From: Parcubacteria bacterium C7867-007
Lineage (GTDB): Bacteria > Patescibacteriota > Minisyncoccia > Phycocordibacterales > Phycocordibacteraceae
NCBI GenBank assembly: GCA_001189195.1
Contig: LFCQ01000006.1
Span: 56,841 to 120,840 of the forward strand
Length of the DNA stretch: 64,000 nucleotides
Direction: 5' to 3'
The number at the start of each line of letters is the position of its first letter. Within the stretch, counting starts at the first letter, position 1. Position numbers and translations under genes: made by a program. Below, piece by piece: positions 47,882 to 57,891 of this stretch. The notes below the pieces were generated by a model. That model searched no databases. It was given only the letters and a program-made list of their open reading frames with translations, and had not been told where the DNA came from.

Positions 47882-48409
47882 ATGGGTTGGACAGACGAAC
47901 GTATTGAACTGCTCAAGAATCTCTGGAGAGATGGTCTCTCCGCCTCGCAGATCGCCAAGCAGTTGGGTGGTGTCACCCGCAACGCTGTGATCGGCAAGGT
48001 TCATCGCCTTGGACTATCTGGGCGTGCGACACCCTCGAAGCCGCAACGCACCTTCTTCAAGGCGCCGCGGCCTGCGAGACCGGTCACGGCAGCTCCGTCA
48101 GCACCGCGTCGGATATATGAGTCGGTTGAAGTGCCGACTCCCGCAAAGAAGTGCGGCACGGTGGTCGCACCCACACCCGTTCACTACGTGGACGAGTCGC
48201 CTGGAACGGCGACGATCACCACCCTCGGCAACCACATGTGCAAGTGGCCGATCGGTGACCCGTCACGCGAGAACTTCACGTTCTGTGGCAACAGAGCAGA
48301 GAACGGCCCGTACTGCTACAGACATGACGCTTTGGCGCATCAACCAGCCCAGGCCAAGAAGAAGTCTGCTGCGGCTGAACTTGCTCGCTCACTTCGCCGC
48401 TACATCTAG
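47882..48409 (+). CDS. gcrA: GcrA-family cell-cycle regulator
   Basis: WT.ER..LK.LW.DGLSASQIA..LGGVTRNAVIGKVHRLGL; CKWPIGDP....FCG...PYC..H; ELARSLRRYI. Confidence 0.92.
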   Translation: MGWTDERIELLKNLWRDGLSASQIAKQLGGVTRNAVIGKVHRLGLSGRATPSKPQRTFFKAPRPARPVTAAPSAPRRIYESVEVPTPAKKCGTVVAPTPVHYVDESPGTATITTLGNHMCKWPIGDPSRENFTFCGNRAENGPYCYRHDALAHQPAQAKKKSAAAELARSLRRYI

Positions 48410-48472
48410 AATCTATCCCTCGGGATATCAAACGGGCCCCTCCAGAACAGAGGGGCCCGTGATCTATTTTCC

Positions 48473-48859
48473 TTATTGTTTCTCGAACTCTAAACAGACT
48501 GAGTTAATACAGTATCTCTTTCCACCTTTGTCCTCAGGGCCGTCATCAAATACATGACCAAGGTGACTATTGCAGTGCTTGCAGAATACTTCAGTACGGC
48601 GCATGCCATGCGCGTCATCTGAACGGGTACCTACATTTTCAGCTACAGCAGGATCTGTAAACGAAGGCCAACCACTCTTGGAATCAAACTTTGCATCCGA
48701 AGAGAAGAGCTCATTGCCGCAAACCTTGCAGCGATACATCCCGTGGTCGTGGTTATCAACGTAGGCACCTTTCCAAGGAGCTTCAGTACCGCCTTCGCGG
48801 AGAACAGCATATTCTTCAGGGGTCAATTTGGCACGAATTTCGTCTTCATTTATATCCAT
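48473..48859 (-). CDS. msrB: Peptide-methionine (R)-S-oxide reductase
   Basis: KF.S.SGWPSF, HLGHVFDDGP, RYCINS. Confidence 0.97.
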   Translation of the reverse strand: MDINEDEIRAKLTPEEYAVLREGGTEAPWKGAYVDNHDHGMYRCKVCGNELFSSDAKFDSKSGWPSFTDPAVAENVGTRSDDAHGMRRTEVFCKHCNSHLGHVFDDGPEDKGGKRYCINSVCLEFEKQ

Positions 48860-48917
48860 ATATGAGAATTATACCCCTATGACAAAGCGTTGCCGATAGG
48901 CTAGGATTAAGAGACGT

Positions 48918-49400
48918 ATGACCCGAACAGCCCTGCTGTCACTCCTTCTCGTGCTTACCTTCCTAGGCCTTGCAGATTCTTGGTATCTTGCCCAAACCGC
49001 ACTAGATGGCGCCTCTCTTGCCTGCAGCATTGATGGTCTTGAAAGCTTAAATGGTTGTAACCAGGTCGCACAGAGTGCGTATTCCAAGGTTATGGGAGTA
49101 CCGCTTGCACTATACGGTGTCTTCTTTTACGGGGTGCTGTTTGTTATCGCATCAGTACTCTTTGCTATGCCCTGGCGTGTACTCTACCGAGCATCAATTG
49201 TACTTGGAGTGATTGGTATGCTTCTTTCACTGTATTTCGTCTTCCTGCAGTTCTTCGTTATTAAAGCACTCTGCATATACTGCATGGCATCCATGGTCAT
49301 CTCCATTTTGATTTTCTTTGTCACACTACGACTGTGGAACCAATTCGCGGTTGTGCGTGTAGTGGAGCCCGTTACACCGGTGATACCACTTGTTTCCTAA
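48918..49400 (+). CDS. Vitamin K epoxide reductase (VKOR) family protein
   Basis: C...GC..V..S.YS loop; LCIYC redox motif; 4 TM. Confidence 0.9.
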   Translation: MTRTALLSLLLVLTFLGLADSWYLAQTALDGASLACSIDGLESLNGCNQVAQSAYSKVMGVPLALYGVFFYGVLFVIASVLFAMPWRVLYRASIVLGVIGMLLSLYFVFLQFFVIKALCIYCMASMVISILIFFVTLRLWNQFAVVRVVEPVTPVIPLVS

Positions 49401-49406
49401 CGTTTC

Positions 49407-50573
49407 ATGCCTATGCCACGCATCATCTCACTCGCACTTCTCACCCTGATGCTTCCGATACTCGCGCACGCAGCAACGTTTGCTGAAGATAAGACATTGG
49501 TCCTCTCAGATGCGCCTCCTGATAACACGTATCTTGCGGGCGTAACGGTAACGGTGAGTGCACCATTGCCTGCAGATCTTGCTGCAACCGGGGGTACCGT
49601 AACAACCTATTCTCCTATTACGGGTGATGCCCTTATCGCTGCAGGCACCATTCACATGCAAGAGCGAGTGGAGGGGGACGTGCGTGCAATGGGACTTCGT
49701 GTGTTGATTGATGGTGCTGTTAGAGGCGACGTAGTGGCAGCAGGCGCAACGGTTAAGGTTACTGCACCAGCACGTGATGTTCGTCTTTTTGGACTACAGG
49801 TACTTGCTACCGGAGGAGCAGAAGGACCGGTAACGATATACGGCACCGATGTAACGCTGGCTGGTGAGTATGCGGGTGATGTTGAGATAATTGCATCAGA
49901 CCGGCTCACCATTGGTCCAGATACCCGTATTCACGGCACGCTTCGCTATAACGCACCGCAACAGGTGGAGATACCTGCATCCTCGCTGGTTGATGGAGGA
50001 ATAACCTATACCGGATCGTATGCGTATGTCCCAACGAATGAAGAGGTTAAAAAGTTTGCGATTGCCGGTGCCGGCATCTTCTTTATGGTACGTGCACTTG
50101 CGGTGATGGTTGCTGCAGGTCTACTCGCAGGATTGTTCCCAATGTTTAGCACACCACTTGCTGCACGCGTATTCACACGCCGATACTCTCGTCTTAGTCT
50201 CATAGCACTGCTTGGTTTCGGTATCCTCATTGCTGCACCTGTCCTAATTCTTCTCTTAAGTGTTTCATTTGTCGGTGCAGCCATCGCTCTGCTTCTTGGA
50301 TCTGCATATATTCTTCTGCTTATCCTTTCATATCTCTACGCAGGTATTTTGGTTGGTGGGGCAGTGAGGCACTTTGCAACTAAGCGCTCGGCAACCCTCA
50401 TCTACTGGCAAGACGCGCTTGTTGGTATGCTCCTGCTCTTCATTGCAGGAAGTATCCCCTATGTCGGCTGGATTATTACACTCCTTGCGGTGTGTATCAC
50501 TCTTGGAGCGCTTGTTTCAAATCTATACCTCTTCGCGTTCCGCCGCACCACCTCTTGGCATACTGAATTCTAA
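49407..50573 (+). CDS. Membrane protein with bactofilin-like beta-helical N-domain
   Basis: Repeated GD..A.G..V motifs followed by 5-6 TM. Confidence 0.75.
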   Translation: MPMPRIISLALLTLMLPILAHAATFAEDKTLVLSDAPPDNTYLAGVTVTVSAPLPADLAATGGTVTTYSPITGDALIAAGTIHMQERVEGDVRAMGLRVLIDGAVRGDVVAAGATVKVTAPARDVRLFGLQVLATGGAEGPVTIYGTDVTLAGEYAGDVEIIASDRLTIGPDTRIHGTLRYNAPQQVEIPASSLVDGGITYTGSYAYVPTNEEVKKFAIAGAGIFFMVRALAVMVAAGLLAGLFPMFSTPLAARVFTRRYSRLSLIALLGFGILIAAPVLILLLSVSFVGAAIALLLGSAYILLLILSYLYAGILVGGAVRHFATKRSATLIYWQDALVGMLLLFIAGSIPYVGWIITLLAVCITLGALVSNLYLFAFRRTTSWHTEF

Positions 50574-50577
50574 TCCT

Positions 50578-51051
50578 ATGGCTATTCCACATGTTGGTTC
50601 TGTTGCGCCCGCCTTCACTCTTCCTGATCAGGATGGAGCTCAACATACGCTCTCAGAAGCAAAAGGGAAGTATGCGCTTGTATACTTCTATCCAAAAGAT
50701 GATACCGGTGGGTGTACCAAGGAAGCCTGTTCTCTAGGAGAGTATTTCCCTGACTTCTCAAAAAGCGGTGCGGTGATATATGGAATCTCTCCGGATAGTG
50801 TGAAGAGCCACAAGAAGTTTGCAGAGAAATACAACCTGCCATTCACTCTCCTTGCAGATCCCGAGCACCAAGCCATAAAAGCATACGATGTGTGGGGAAA
50901 GAAGAAATTCATGGGACGTGAATATGATGGGGTGTACCGTACCTCATTCCTCATTGCACCAGATGGCACTATTGCGAAGGTATACGAGAGCGTAAAACCT
51001 GAATCACATGCACAGGAAGTACTGAACGACCTGAAAGAACTTGGTGCGTAA
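50578..51051 (+). CDS. bcp: Thioredoxin-dependent peroxiredoxin BCP
   Basis: YFYPKDDT.GCTKEAC, GISPD, LL.D. Confidence 0.94.
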   Translation: MAIPHVGSVAPAFTLPDQDGAQHTLSEAKGKYALVYFYPKDDTGGCTKEACSLGEYFPDFSKSGAVIYGISPDSVKSHKKFAEKYNLPFTLLADPEHQAIKAYDVWGKKKFMGREYDGVYRTSFLIAPDGTIAKVYESVKPESHAQEVLNDLKELGA

Positions 51052-51053
51052 CT

Positions 51054-51719
51054 ATGAATAGTAAACAGGAAGAACGGAAACTACGTGCAAAGAAGATACT
51101 CACTTATCTTAAGAAAACGTATCCGGAACCAAAGACAGAACTTGCCTATAAGACACCGGTACAACTTACCGCTGCTGTCATGCTTTCTGCGCAGTCTACA
51201 GACAAACGTGTGAATCAGGTTACAGAAACTCTCTGGAAGAAGTACAAGACCGTGAACGATTTCGCTGATGCTGATCTTGCAACTTTCACAAAGGAAATCT
51301 CAAGCATCACGTTCTATCGTAATAAGGCTAAAGCAATCATTGGTATGGCACAGCGTGTACGTAGTGAATATGGAGGAACGATTCCCAAGACTGAAACAGA
51401 ACTTGTTACTCTTCCCGGTATCGCGTACAAGTCCGCTCACGTGATTATGGGTGAGCTATACAACATATACGAAGGTATCCCCACAGACACACATGTACGT
51501 CGCTTTGCCCTTCGATTTGATCTCACTGATAGCAAGGATCTCACAAAGATTTCAAAAGATCTTGAAGCGCTGATTCCAAAAGGGGACTGGAAGTATGTAA
51601 ACAACGGACTGGTGTTGTATGGTCGCTATCTCTGCAAAGCGCTTCCACACGACTGTGATGGCCATCCTCTCACCAAGATCTGGCCACCTGCAGCAGAGCG
51701 TTGGCCGAAGAGCAAATAG
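51054..51719 (+). CDS. nth: Endonuclease III
   Basis: LSAQ.TD..VN, F.RNKAK, LPG...K.A, DTHV.R; only two C-terminal Cys. Confidence 0.9.
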   Translation: MNSKQEERKLRAKKILTYLKKTYPEPKTELAYKTPVQLTAAVMLSAQSTDKRVNQVTETLWKKYKTVNDFADADLATFTKEISSITFYRNKAKAIIGMAQRVRSEYGGTIPKTETELVTLPGIAYKSAHVIMGELYNIYEGIPTDTHVRRFALRFDLTDSKDLTKISKDLEALIPKGDWKYVNNGLVLYGRYLCKALPHDCDGHPLTKIWPPAAERWPKSK

Positions 51720-51755
51720 TTGCGTATTTGATATGTGGGTATATAGTGCCCCCTA

Positions 51756-51953
51756 GGTTCGGTTCCTTGAAGCCTGTAAGGTCAGATGAGTCCTGAGGGG
51801 ACGATTCGTAGACACACCTGTGTGTTCCTCGTTGCAGTTAACCAAATGTCAGTTTGGTCCAACGCTCTGCGGCCTAATGGTGTGCGAGTCGTCAGGATAT
51901 AGCGCAGCTTGCTGCGCACTAACGTCACCCTAGTAGTCTAGAGGGATCGAACC
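51756..51953 (+). ncRNA. Structured ~198-nt ncRNA, candidate 6S RNA
   Basis: Terminal 12-bp stem GGTTCGGTTCCT/AGGGATCGAACC, inner stem GACGATTCGTA/TGCGAGTCGTC; own promoter and terminator (about 51985-52016). Confidence 0.55.
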
Positions 51954-52061
51954 AACCCTTTCTGTATTTCGTAGCCGCCACTTCGCGCGTCGCCCTCCCA
52001 GCGACGCGCTCTTTTTATACCTTCCCCTTTCATATCCACAGGATAGACTGTTGATATTGCT

Positions 52062-52871
52062 ATGGATTCTAGGAAGTTCAGGAAAATCATATGGGACTTT
52101 TATAAAAAACAAGGAAGGCATGATCTTCCTTGGAGAAACACCACTGACCCCTACCGCATCCTTGTCTCAGAGGTAATGCTGCAACAAACTCAGGTTGAGC
52201 GTGTTCGCGGATATTACGCTGCATGGCTCAAAAGGTTTCCAACAGTACGTGCGCTTGCCAAAGCACCCCTCGCTGAGGTCCTCACCCTGTGGCAGGGTCT
52301 TGGATATAATCGTCGTGCAAAGATGTTGCATGATGCAGCGAAGAAGGTGGTTATTGAATACAAAGGAAAAATGCCCACTGATCCAGATACTCTTGTATCT
52401 CTGCCCGGTGTTGGGCCATACACTGCACGTGCCGTAGCGGCATTCTCAATGAATGCAGACGTAGTGTTTATTGAGACAAACCTACGAACAGTAGTACTGC
52501 ACCATTTCTTCTCAGACAAGAAGCAGGTCTCAGATGCAGAAATATTGGAAGTACTAAGCAAATCACTTCCAAAAGGAAGATCACGAGAGTGGTATGCCGC
52601 ACTTATGGACTACGGTTCCTATCTAAAGCGCAGCGGTATACGTGTGAACACAAAGAGCATGAGTTATACAAAACAGACTGCTTTCAGTGGTTCTGGAAGA
52701 CAAGCACGGGGTGCCATTCTTAAAGAACTTGCACGAAACTCAGTAACGAAGAAACGCCTCCTCGTATTACTTGGTGACGATCGTATTGAACAGATGGAAA
52801 CACAGCTCAAGAAGCTTATATTGGAAGGAATGGTTGAGAAAACAGGAACATACTATACGTTGCCGAGTTAA
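52062..52871 (+). CDS. mutY: A/G-specific adenine glycosylase (short MutY-like)
   Basis: R.DLPWR...PY.ILVSEVMLQQTQV, W.GLGY.RRA, LPGVG.YTA. Confidence 0.88.
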   Translation: MDSRKFRKIIWDFYKKQGRHDLPWRNTTDPYRILVSEVMLQQTQVERVRGYYAAWLKRFPTVRALAKAPLAEVLTLWQGLGYNRRAKMLHDAAKKVVIEYKGKMPTDPDTLVSLPGVGPYTARAVAAFSMNADVVFIETNLRTVVLHHFFSDKKQVSDAEILEVLSKSLPKGRSREWYAALMDYGSYLKRSGIRVNTKSMSYTKQTAFSGSGRQARGAILKELARNSVTKKRLLVLLGDDRIEQMETQLKKLILEGMVEKTGTYYTLPS

Positions 52872-54061
52872 GCAGGATCTACACCGGAGCTGATAGCGAC
52901 CTGCTTAAGACGCATGCCTTGAATCGAGTTAGCTGCAATGACCCCGCCAACCGCAATAAGGATTCCCGTAACGATAAAGAATATAGTGAAGTTGCTGATC
53001 ATTAGAATGATGGTGCCCACGAGAGGTGCGATGAGTGCGCCTAATGGACGCATCATACGAAATATACTGACCGTGTTGATGTCTTGTTCAGATACCCTAC
53101 GAAAGAAGTGACCCTCTACCATTGCTTCAACAAGTGCAGCACCGATACGGGTTAGCAGAAGGATGCTCAGGATAATTAAGATAGAAGTTTCTGCAGTGAT
53201 GAATCCGATAAACGCAAAGGAAATACCGGTGCAGATGAATCCAGCAATGAGTAGTATGCGATCTCCAAATTTAGTGTCTGCGAGTACTCCTGCGGGGTAC
53301 TCAAGTACCACAAATGGAATCAACATCACCGCAAAGACCCACCCAAGTTGAGACCACGGAATACCTAATACGGTGTGAAGGTATAGAGGAATATACAGTG
53401 GTGCGAGATGGAAGAAGAATTGGAGAATACCCATCGCGATTGCTACGGCTCGTAGATCCTTATCCTTTGCAATGCATGCGCAGGCTTCCGTGACATTGTG
53501 TATGCCAAGAATATGCTTAGAGGGTAGTTTGCGAAGGAACATCAAGAGTATGACTGGTATGAGGGAGAGTGACGCAACCAAGAAGACTCTATCGTAATGG
53601 ACATCTCCATCAAGAAGTAGGCCAATGATAAGGGGCGCAATCACCAACATAATATTGCCCGCAGTGAGGAATGCTGTGCGTACACGGCCCGTTTCATCTT
53701 CGCTCTCAACAGTAGCTTCAAGAAGAATATCCAGCTGATACACCAGTAGGGGAGAAACGGCACAAGCAAGTGCTGCAAGTAGTACCGCACCGACTGCCGT
53801 TGGAATAAGTGCGAGCCATAGCAGGATGCACATCTCTACCAATGCAAAAAAGATCACAAGACGCTGAGCACCATGCTGCGCCACAAGCTTTGGCATGAAA
53901 GGGAAGACACCGAGTGTTACCAATGCACCCAAAGCGACCACCAAACCAGTGCTCTCTTTGGGCATGAATATCGCCAGATATGGCGTGAGTATATATATAA
54001 TGAGGAAAAAGTGCGCTGCAGCAAAGAAATTGCTTAGTGAAAGAATACGGCGCGCTTGCAT
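52868..54061 (-). CDS. MFS transporter
   Basis: About 12 TM; G.LAD.KFG motif A. Confidence 0.88.
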   Translation of the reverse strand: MQARRILSLSNFFAAAHFFLIIYILTPYLAIFMPKESTGLVVALGALVTLGVFPFMPKLVAQHGAQRLVIFFALVEMCILLWLALIPTAVGAVLLAALACAVSPLLVYQLDILLEATVESEDETGRVRTAFLTAGNIMLVIAPLIIGLLLDGDVHYDRVFLVASLSLIPVILLMFLRKLPSKHILGIHNVTEACACIAKDKDLRAVAIAMGILQFFFHLAPLYIPLYLHTVLGIPWSQLGWVFAVMLIPFVVLEYPAGVLADTKFGDRILLIAGFICTGISFAFIGFITAETSILIILSILLLTRIGAALVEAMVEGHFFRRVSEQDINTVSIFRMMRPLGALIAPLVGTIILMISNFTIFFIVTGILIAVGGVIAANSIQGMRLKQVAISSGVDPA

Positions 54062-54137
54062 AGTGATACGAATTGTACCATTTGCATAAAAGAAACGGCC
54101 GCACATAATGCGGCCGTTTCTTTGTAAAACTACGTTG

Positions 54138-56111
54138 CTACACTCCAATCAGTACCGGAATAACCATCGGTGCTTTATTGGTGCGGTTGAAGAGGTACCC
54201 ACTCATAACGTCTGTAAGATTGTTCTTCACATAGTCGAGATCTACCGGATTCATACCATGGGTAGAATCTTCCACTGTCTTCTTAATGAGCAGGCGGGCC
54301 TGGTTAAGAAGATCTTGGCTTTCACGTAGATATACGAAGCCACGAGAGATGATATCGGGAGACTTGCGCAGCTTTCCTGTCTTCAAGTTCACGGTAGCGA
54401 TGATGACGAACATACCATCCTTTGCGAGGGCCTGACGATCACGGATCACCACCTCCTGCATATCACCGATTGCAAAGCCATCTACGATAAGTGGGGAAGA
54501 GGGAACCTTCTCTTTGTGAATATCAAGGCGCTCTCCATCAATGATGTCGATCACCATACCGTTATCAGCAACGATGATGGAATCACGAGCACGTCCCGCC
54601 TGTTCCATTGCCTTTGCGTGTGATGCGGTCATCGAGTAGTACCCGTATGCAGGCATGAAGAAGGTTGAGTTAACTTTCTTATTGATCCAGATTAGCTCAC
54701 CCGTGTTGCCGTGACCGGTTGAGTGCACGTCACTTGAACGATAGTGGATGAGGGTAACCCCATTACGGTATAGATTGTCCTTCAGCTTCTGTACGGCAAT
54801 CTCATTTCCAGGAATAACTGAAGAGGAAAGAACGATGGTGTCGCGTGGGTTAAGCTGGACATTCTTATGCTGCTTCGTTGCGATACGCATGAGTGCTGCA
54901 AACTCCTCACCTTGTGCACCAGTAGAAAGAATAACAATCTTGTCTGGTGAGTAGTCACCAATTTCCTGTGCAGGGATAATTGTATCTTTCTTGATGTTGA
55001 TAAGATTGGTCTTCTGAGCAATCTCAAGGTTCGTCTTGATAGAACGACCCTCTGTTACCACCTTCTTTCCAAGCTTCTCGCAAGTCTCGATGATGTGAAT
55101 CATACGTTCGAACTGAGAAGCGAAGGTACCAATGATAAGACGTCCATGTACATTCTTGATGATTTCCTCAAGCGTTTCATGCACTTTACGTTCTGGCATA
55201 GAGAAGCCATCACGCTCAGCGTTAGTTGAGTCTGCGATAAAGAAGAGATTCTTCTGTGCAGCGAGTACACCCCAGGTCTTCTCTTCTTTTGCGGTTGGAA
55301 CACCGTTGTCATGATCCAGCTTAAGATCTCCCGTTACCACTACATTGCCGTATGGAGTCTCAATAGCGATACCCATGGAATCAGGAATCGAGTGAGTAAC
55401 ACCGAAGAACTGAACCTTGGTGGATCCAATGGTCATAGTCTGACCCGCTTCAACCACCACAATGTTTGGCTTAGGCACATCAGGATACTCTTCCTGACGC
55501 TTCTGAATCATCACCGCAGTGAGGTTCTGGGTGTAGATCGGTGGATTGCCGAAACGATTCATCAAGAATGGAATACCGCCGATGTGGTCGAGGTGACCGT
55601 GGGTGATGAACACACCACGTACACGATCGGTGTTCTTCTCAAGGTATGCCGTGTTTGGAAGCATGTAGTCCACTCCAGGATTGGAATCCTCAGATACGAA
55701 CTGGAAGCCTACGTCGAAGACGAAGATATCTCCGTTCGTTTCAACGCAGAACATGTTGCGTCCCACTTCCTCCACACCACCGAGCGGAATCACACGAACT
55801 ACGTTTGATGCCGGAGCAGCAGGGAAGTAGTCCGCACCACGCTTTGGGGTGCTGTTTGGGGCAGGGCGGCGCATACGCATGCGGTCGCGAGATGACCCAC
55901 GACTTGCTCCACGCGGCCCAGCAGGGCGGTTGTTGCGGGGTCCTTCAGCGCGTGGCGCGCTTCCTTCAGGACGCGGTCCACGATTTTGACCACCGCGTCG
56001 TACGGGACGACGTGATGCACCCTCAGGACGTGGGGTGCGTGCTGGGGAATCCTGACGAGGACCATCGTGCGGAGTACGAGGTGCCGGAGCAGGTGCTGGT
56101 GCTGATGCCAT
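54138..56111 (-). CDS. rnj: Ribonuclease J
   Basis: PLGG.EEVGRNM, THGHLDHIG, THSIPD, TGAQGE, H.TGH; disordered N-extension. Confidence 0.96.
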   Translation of the reverse strand: MASAPAPAPAPRTPHDGPRQDSPARTPRPEGASRRPVRRGGQNRGPRPEGSAPRAEGPRNNRPAGPRGASRGSSRDRMRMRRPAPNSTPKRGADYFPAAPASNVVRVIPLGGVEEVGRNMFCVETNGDIFVFDVGFQFVSEDSNPGVDYMLPNTAYLEKNTDRVRGVFITHGHLDHIGGIPFLMNRFGNPPIYTQNLTAVMIQKRQEEYPDVPKPNIVVVEAGQTMTIGSTKVQFFGVTHSIPDSMGIAIETPYGNVVVTGDLKLDHDNGVPTAKEEKTWGVLAAQKNLFFIADSTNAERDGFSMPERKVHETLEEIIKNVHGRLIIGTFASQFERMIHIIETCEKLGKKVVTEGRSIKTNLEIAQKTNLINIKKDTIIPAQEIGDYSPDKIVILSTGAQGEEFAALMRIATKQHKNVQLNPRDTIVLSSSVIPGNEIAVQKLKDNLYRNGVTLIHYRSSDVHSTGHGNTGELIWINKKVNSTFFMPAYGYYSMTASHAKAMEQAGRARDSIIVADNGMVIDIIDGERLDIHKEKVPSSPLIVDGFAIGDMQEVVIRDRQALAKDGMFVIIATVNLKTGKLRKSPDIISRGFVYLRESQDLLNQARLLIKKTVEDSTHGMNPVDLDYVKNNLTDVMSGYLFNRTNKAPMVIPVLIGV

Positions 56112-56194
56112 AATATATTTTGAATTTAGAATAATGTGTTTAGTAAAAACAAACAGTGAGAAGTAGGTGACGCGTGCGTCCTGCCTACTACTTT

Positions 56195-57853
56195 CTACTT
56201 ATTTTTAGCGAAGATGGGCCATACCAGTTCCGTATTGCGATACCAGTGTGCTACATCATCGAAACGATCAGATGGTGCTGCAATCTCCGTGATATGAACA
56301 CCACGAAGTCCTGCAGGAATCGTGTACACGAAGTCGGGGGTGTGGGTGAATGCTGCAGGATAGTCCGCAGCAATCAACACATTCAAGCTCGCAAGGTCTG
56401 CAGGATCAGGGGTCTTCTCTTGGCGAAGTTTCTCCAATAATGCATCCACCTCTTTATTAGAATAGTCTGCAATATTAAGACCTGGATTTGTGCGCTCTGT
56501 TGAACTCCAGAATGCGAACAAGTCTGGAGTACGTCCAATCACTTCTCCGAAGAGGAGTGCGCCATACGCACGAGGTCGTATCACTTCCTGGGTAAGAACA
56601 CTTGCATCATGTAGCTCAATTGATACAGGCACACCGAGTGTCTGCCAATCCTCCTGAATCTGTGTGGCGACGGCTTTTAGTTCGGGCACGTTTGATGTCG
56701 TGAGAGTTACCTCAAGCGTCACACCACCTTTAGACCAACGCTGACTCGCTTCATCATACAGCCATTTACCTTCTGAAAGAACCTGTCTGGCATCTGCAAT
56801 GCGTGTTTCTGCTGGGGGCAGGGGAACTGCTGCAATTTCATTGTTTGGAGGTAATGGTCCTGCAATGGGTGTTGCATACCCTCCCAAGGCCTCATTAACA
56901 ATTGCCTGACGATTAATCGCAACAGAAAGTGCTTTACGCACACTTATATCTGCAAACAGAGGATCCTCACTTGGATTGAAGAATATACCGAACACACGAC
57001 TATACGGAATGTTGATTGCACGAGCCGATGCAACACCGTATGCGCTCTGGACCTCACCTTTCCGCACCGCTTCTGTTAGTTCACTCTGATCTGAATAGAA
57101 TACAAACCGAATACTGTTCAGATACGGGCGACCCCCAGCATACCCTTTGAATGCACTTAGTTCGTATGAAGATATTGAACCATCACTCTTGCGGGTCATA
57201 TTTGAAACTTGGAAGGGTCCTGCTCCGACCGGATTAATCTGGCGAGAAGAGAAAGGGAACTCCGCATTCGAAACGTTCTTCCAGATATGCGATGGAAGAA
57301 TACCGAGGGTGGCGTCTTCAATAAAGGGTGTGTATGCCTTTGGAAGGGTAAAACGAACTGTACGAGCATCTACCACTTCCGCACGGATATTCGCCCAGTT
57401 TGCCAGTGCAGGACTACGTAGTGCAGGATCCTGTGCCTTTGAAACGGTAAACACCACATCACTTGCCGTTACCGATGTATTGTCTGAGAACTTCGCATTC
57501 GAACGAAGAATAAAGGTATACGTCTTTCCATCCGGAGAAATCTCATAGGACTCAGCAAGAATCGGTACCAATGCACCGTTTGCGTCATGACCCATAAGGC
57601 CTGCGAAGGTGAGTGCGGCAAGGTCTCGGTCTGTATCAGAAATGGCAAGGAGCGGATTTATGAATCGTGGTGTCCCCACAACTCCTTCTGTGAACGATCC
57701 GCCGTATGCAGGCTGCTCTATTAGAAAGCGTAGCTGAAAACCATACAGTGCAATGATGCACGCAAGTACAAGGAATCCACCCAGGATACTCGCAATGAGC
57801 CGGTCACCAGGGGAAAGGGTACGTAAATAGCGTAGGGGAGACGGAAAAGTCAT
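56195..57853 (-). CDS. Peptide ABC transporter substrate-binding protein (family 5)
   Basis: G.PRFINP.L, LAESY.IS.DGK.YTF.LR, PVG.GPF. Confidence 0.9.
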   Translation of the reverse strand: MTFPSPLRYLRTLSPGDRLIASILGGFLVLACIIALYGFQLRFLIEQPAYGGSFTEGVVGTPRFINPLLAISDTDRDLAALTFAGLMGHDANGALVPILAESYEISPDGKTYTFILRSNAKFSDNTSVTASDVVFTVSKAQDPALRSPALANWANIRAEVVDARTVRFTLPKAYTPFIEDATLGILPSHIWKNVSNAEFPFSSRQINPVGAGPFQVSNMTRKSDGSISSYELSAFKGYAGGRPYLNSIRFVFYSDQSELTEAVRKGEVQSAYGVASARAINIPYSRVFGIFFNPSEDPLFADISVRKALSVAINRQAIVNEALGGYATPIAGPLPPNNEIAAVPLPPAETRIADARQVLSEGKWLYDEASQRWSKGGVTLEVTLTTSNVPELKAVATQIQEDWQTLGVPVSIELHDASVLTQEVIRPRAYGALLFGEVIGRTPDLFAFWSSTERTNPGLNIADYSNKEVDALLEKLRQEKTPDPADLASLNVLIAADYPAAFTHTPDFVYTIPAGLRGVHITEIAAPSDRFDDVAHWYRNTELVWPIFAKNK

Positions 57854-57891
57854 GGAAGCACAGATGTCGGTACGCGTACGTACCGCACTCC

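Noticed and set aside
51783-51806. Hammerhead-like CAGATGAGTCCTGAGGGGACGATT
   Set aside because: Deviates from the invariant CUGAUGA and GAAA cores, and the bases fit the longer ncRNA stems better.
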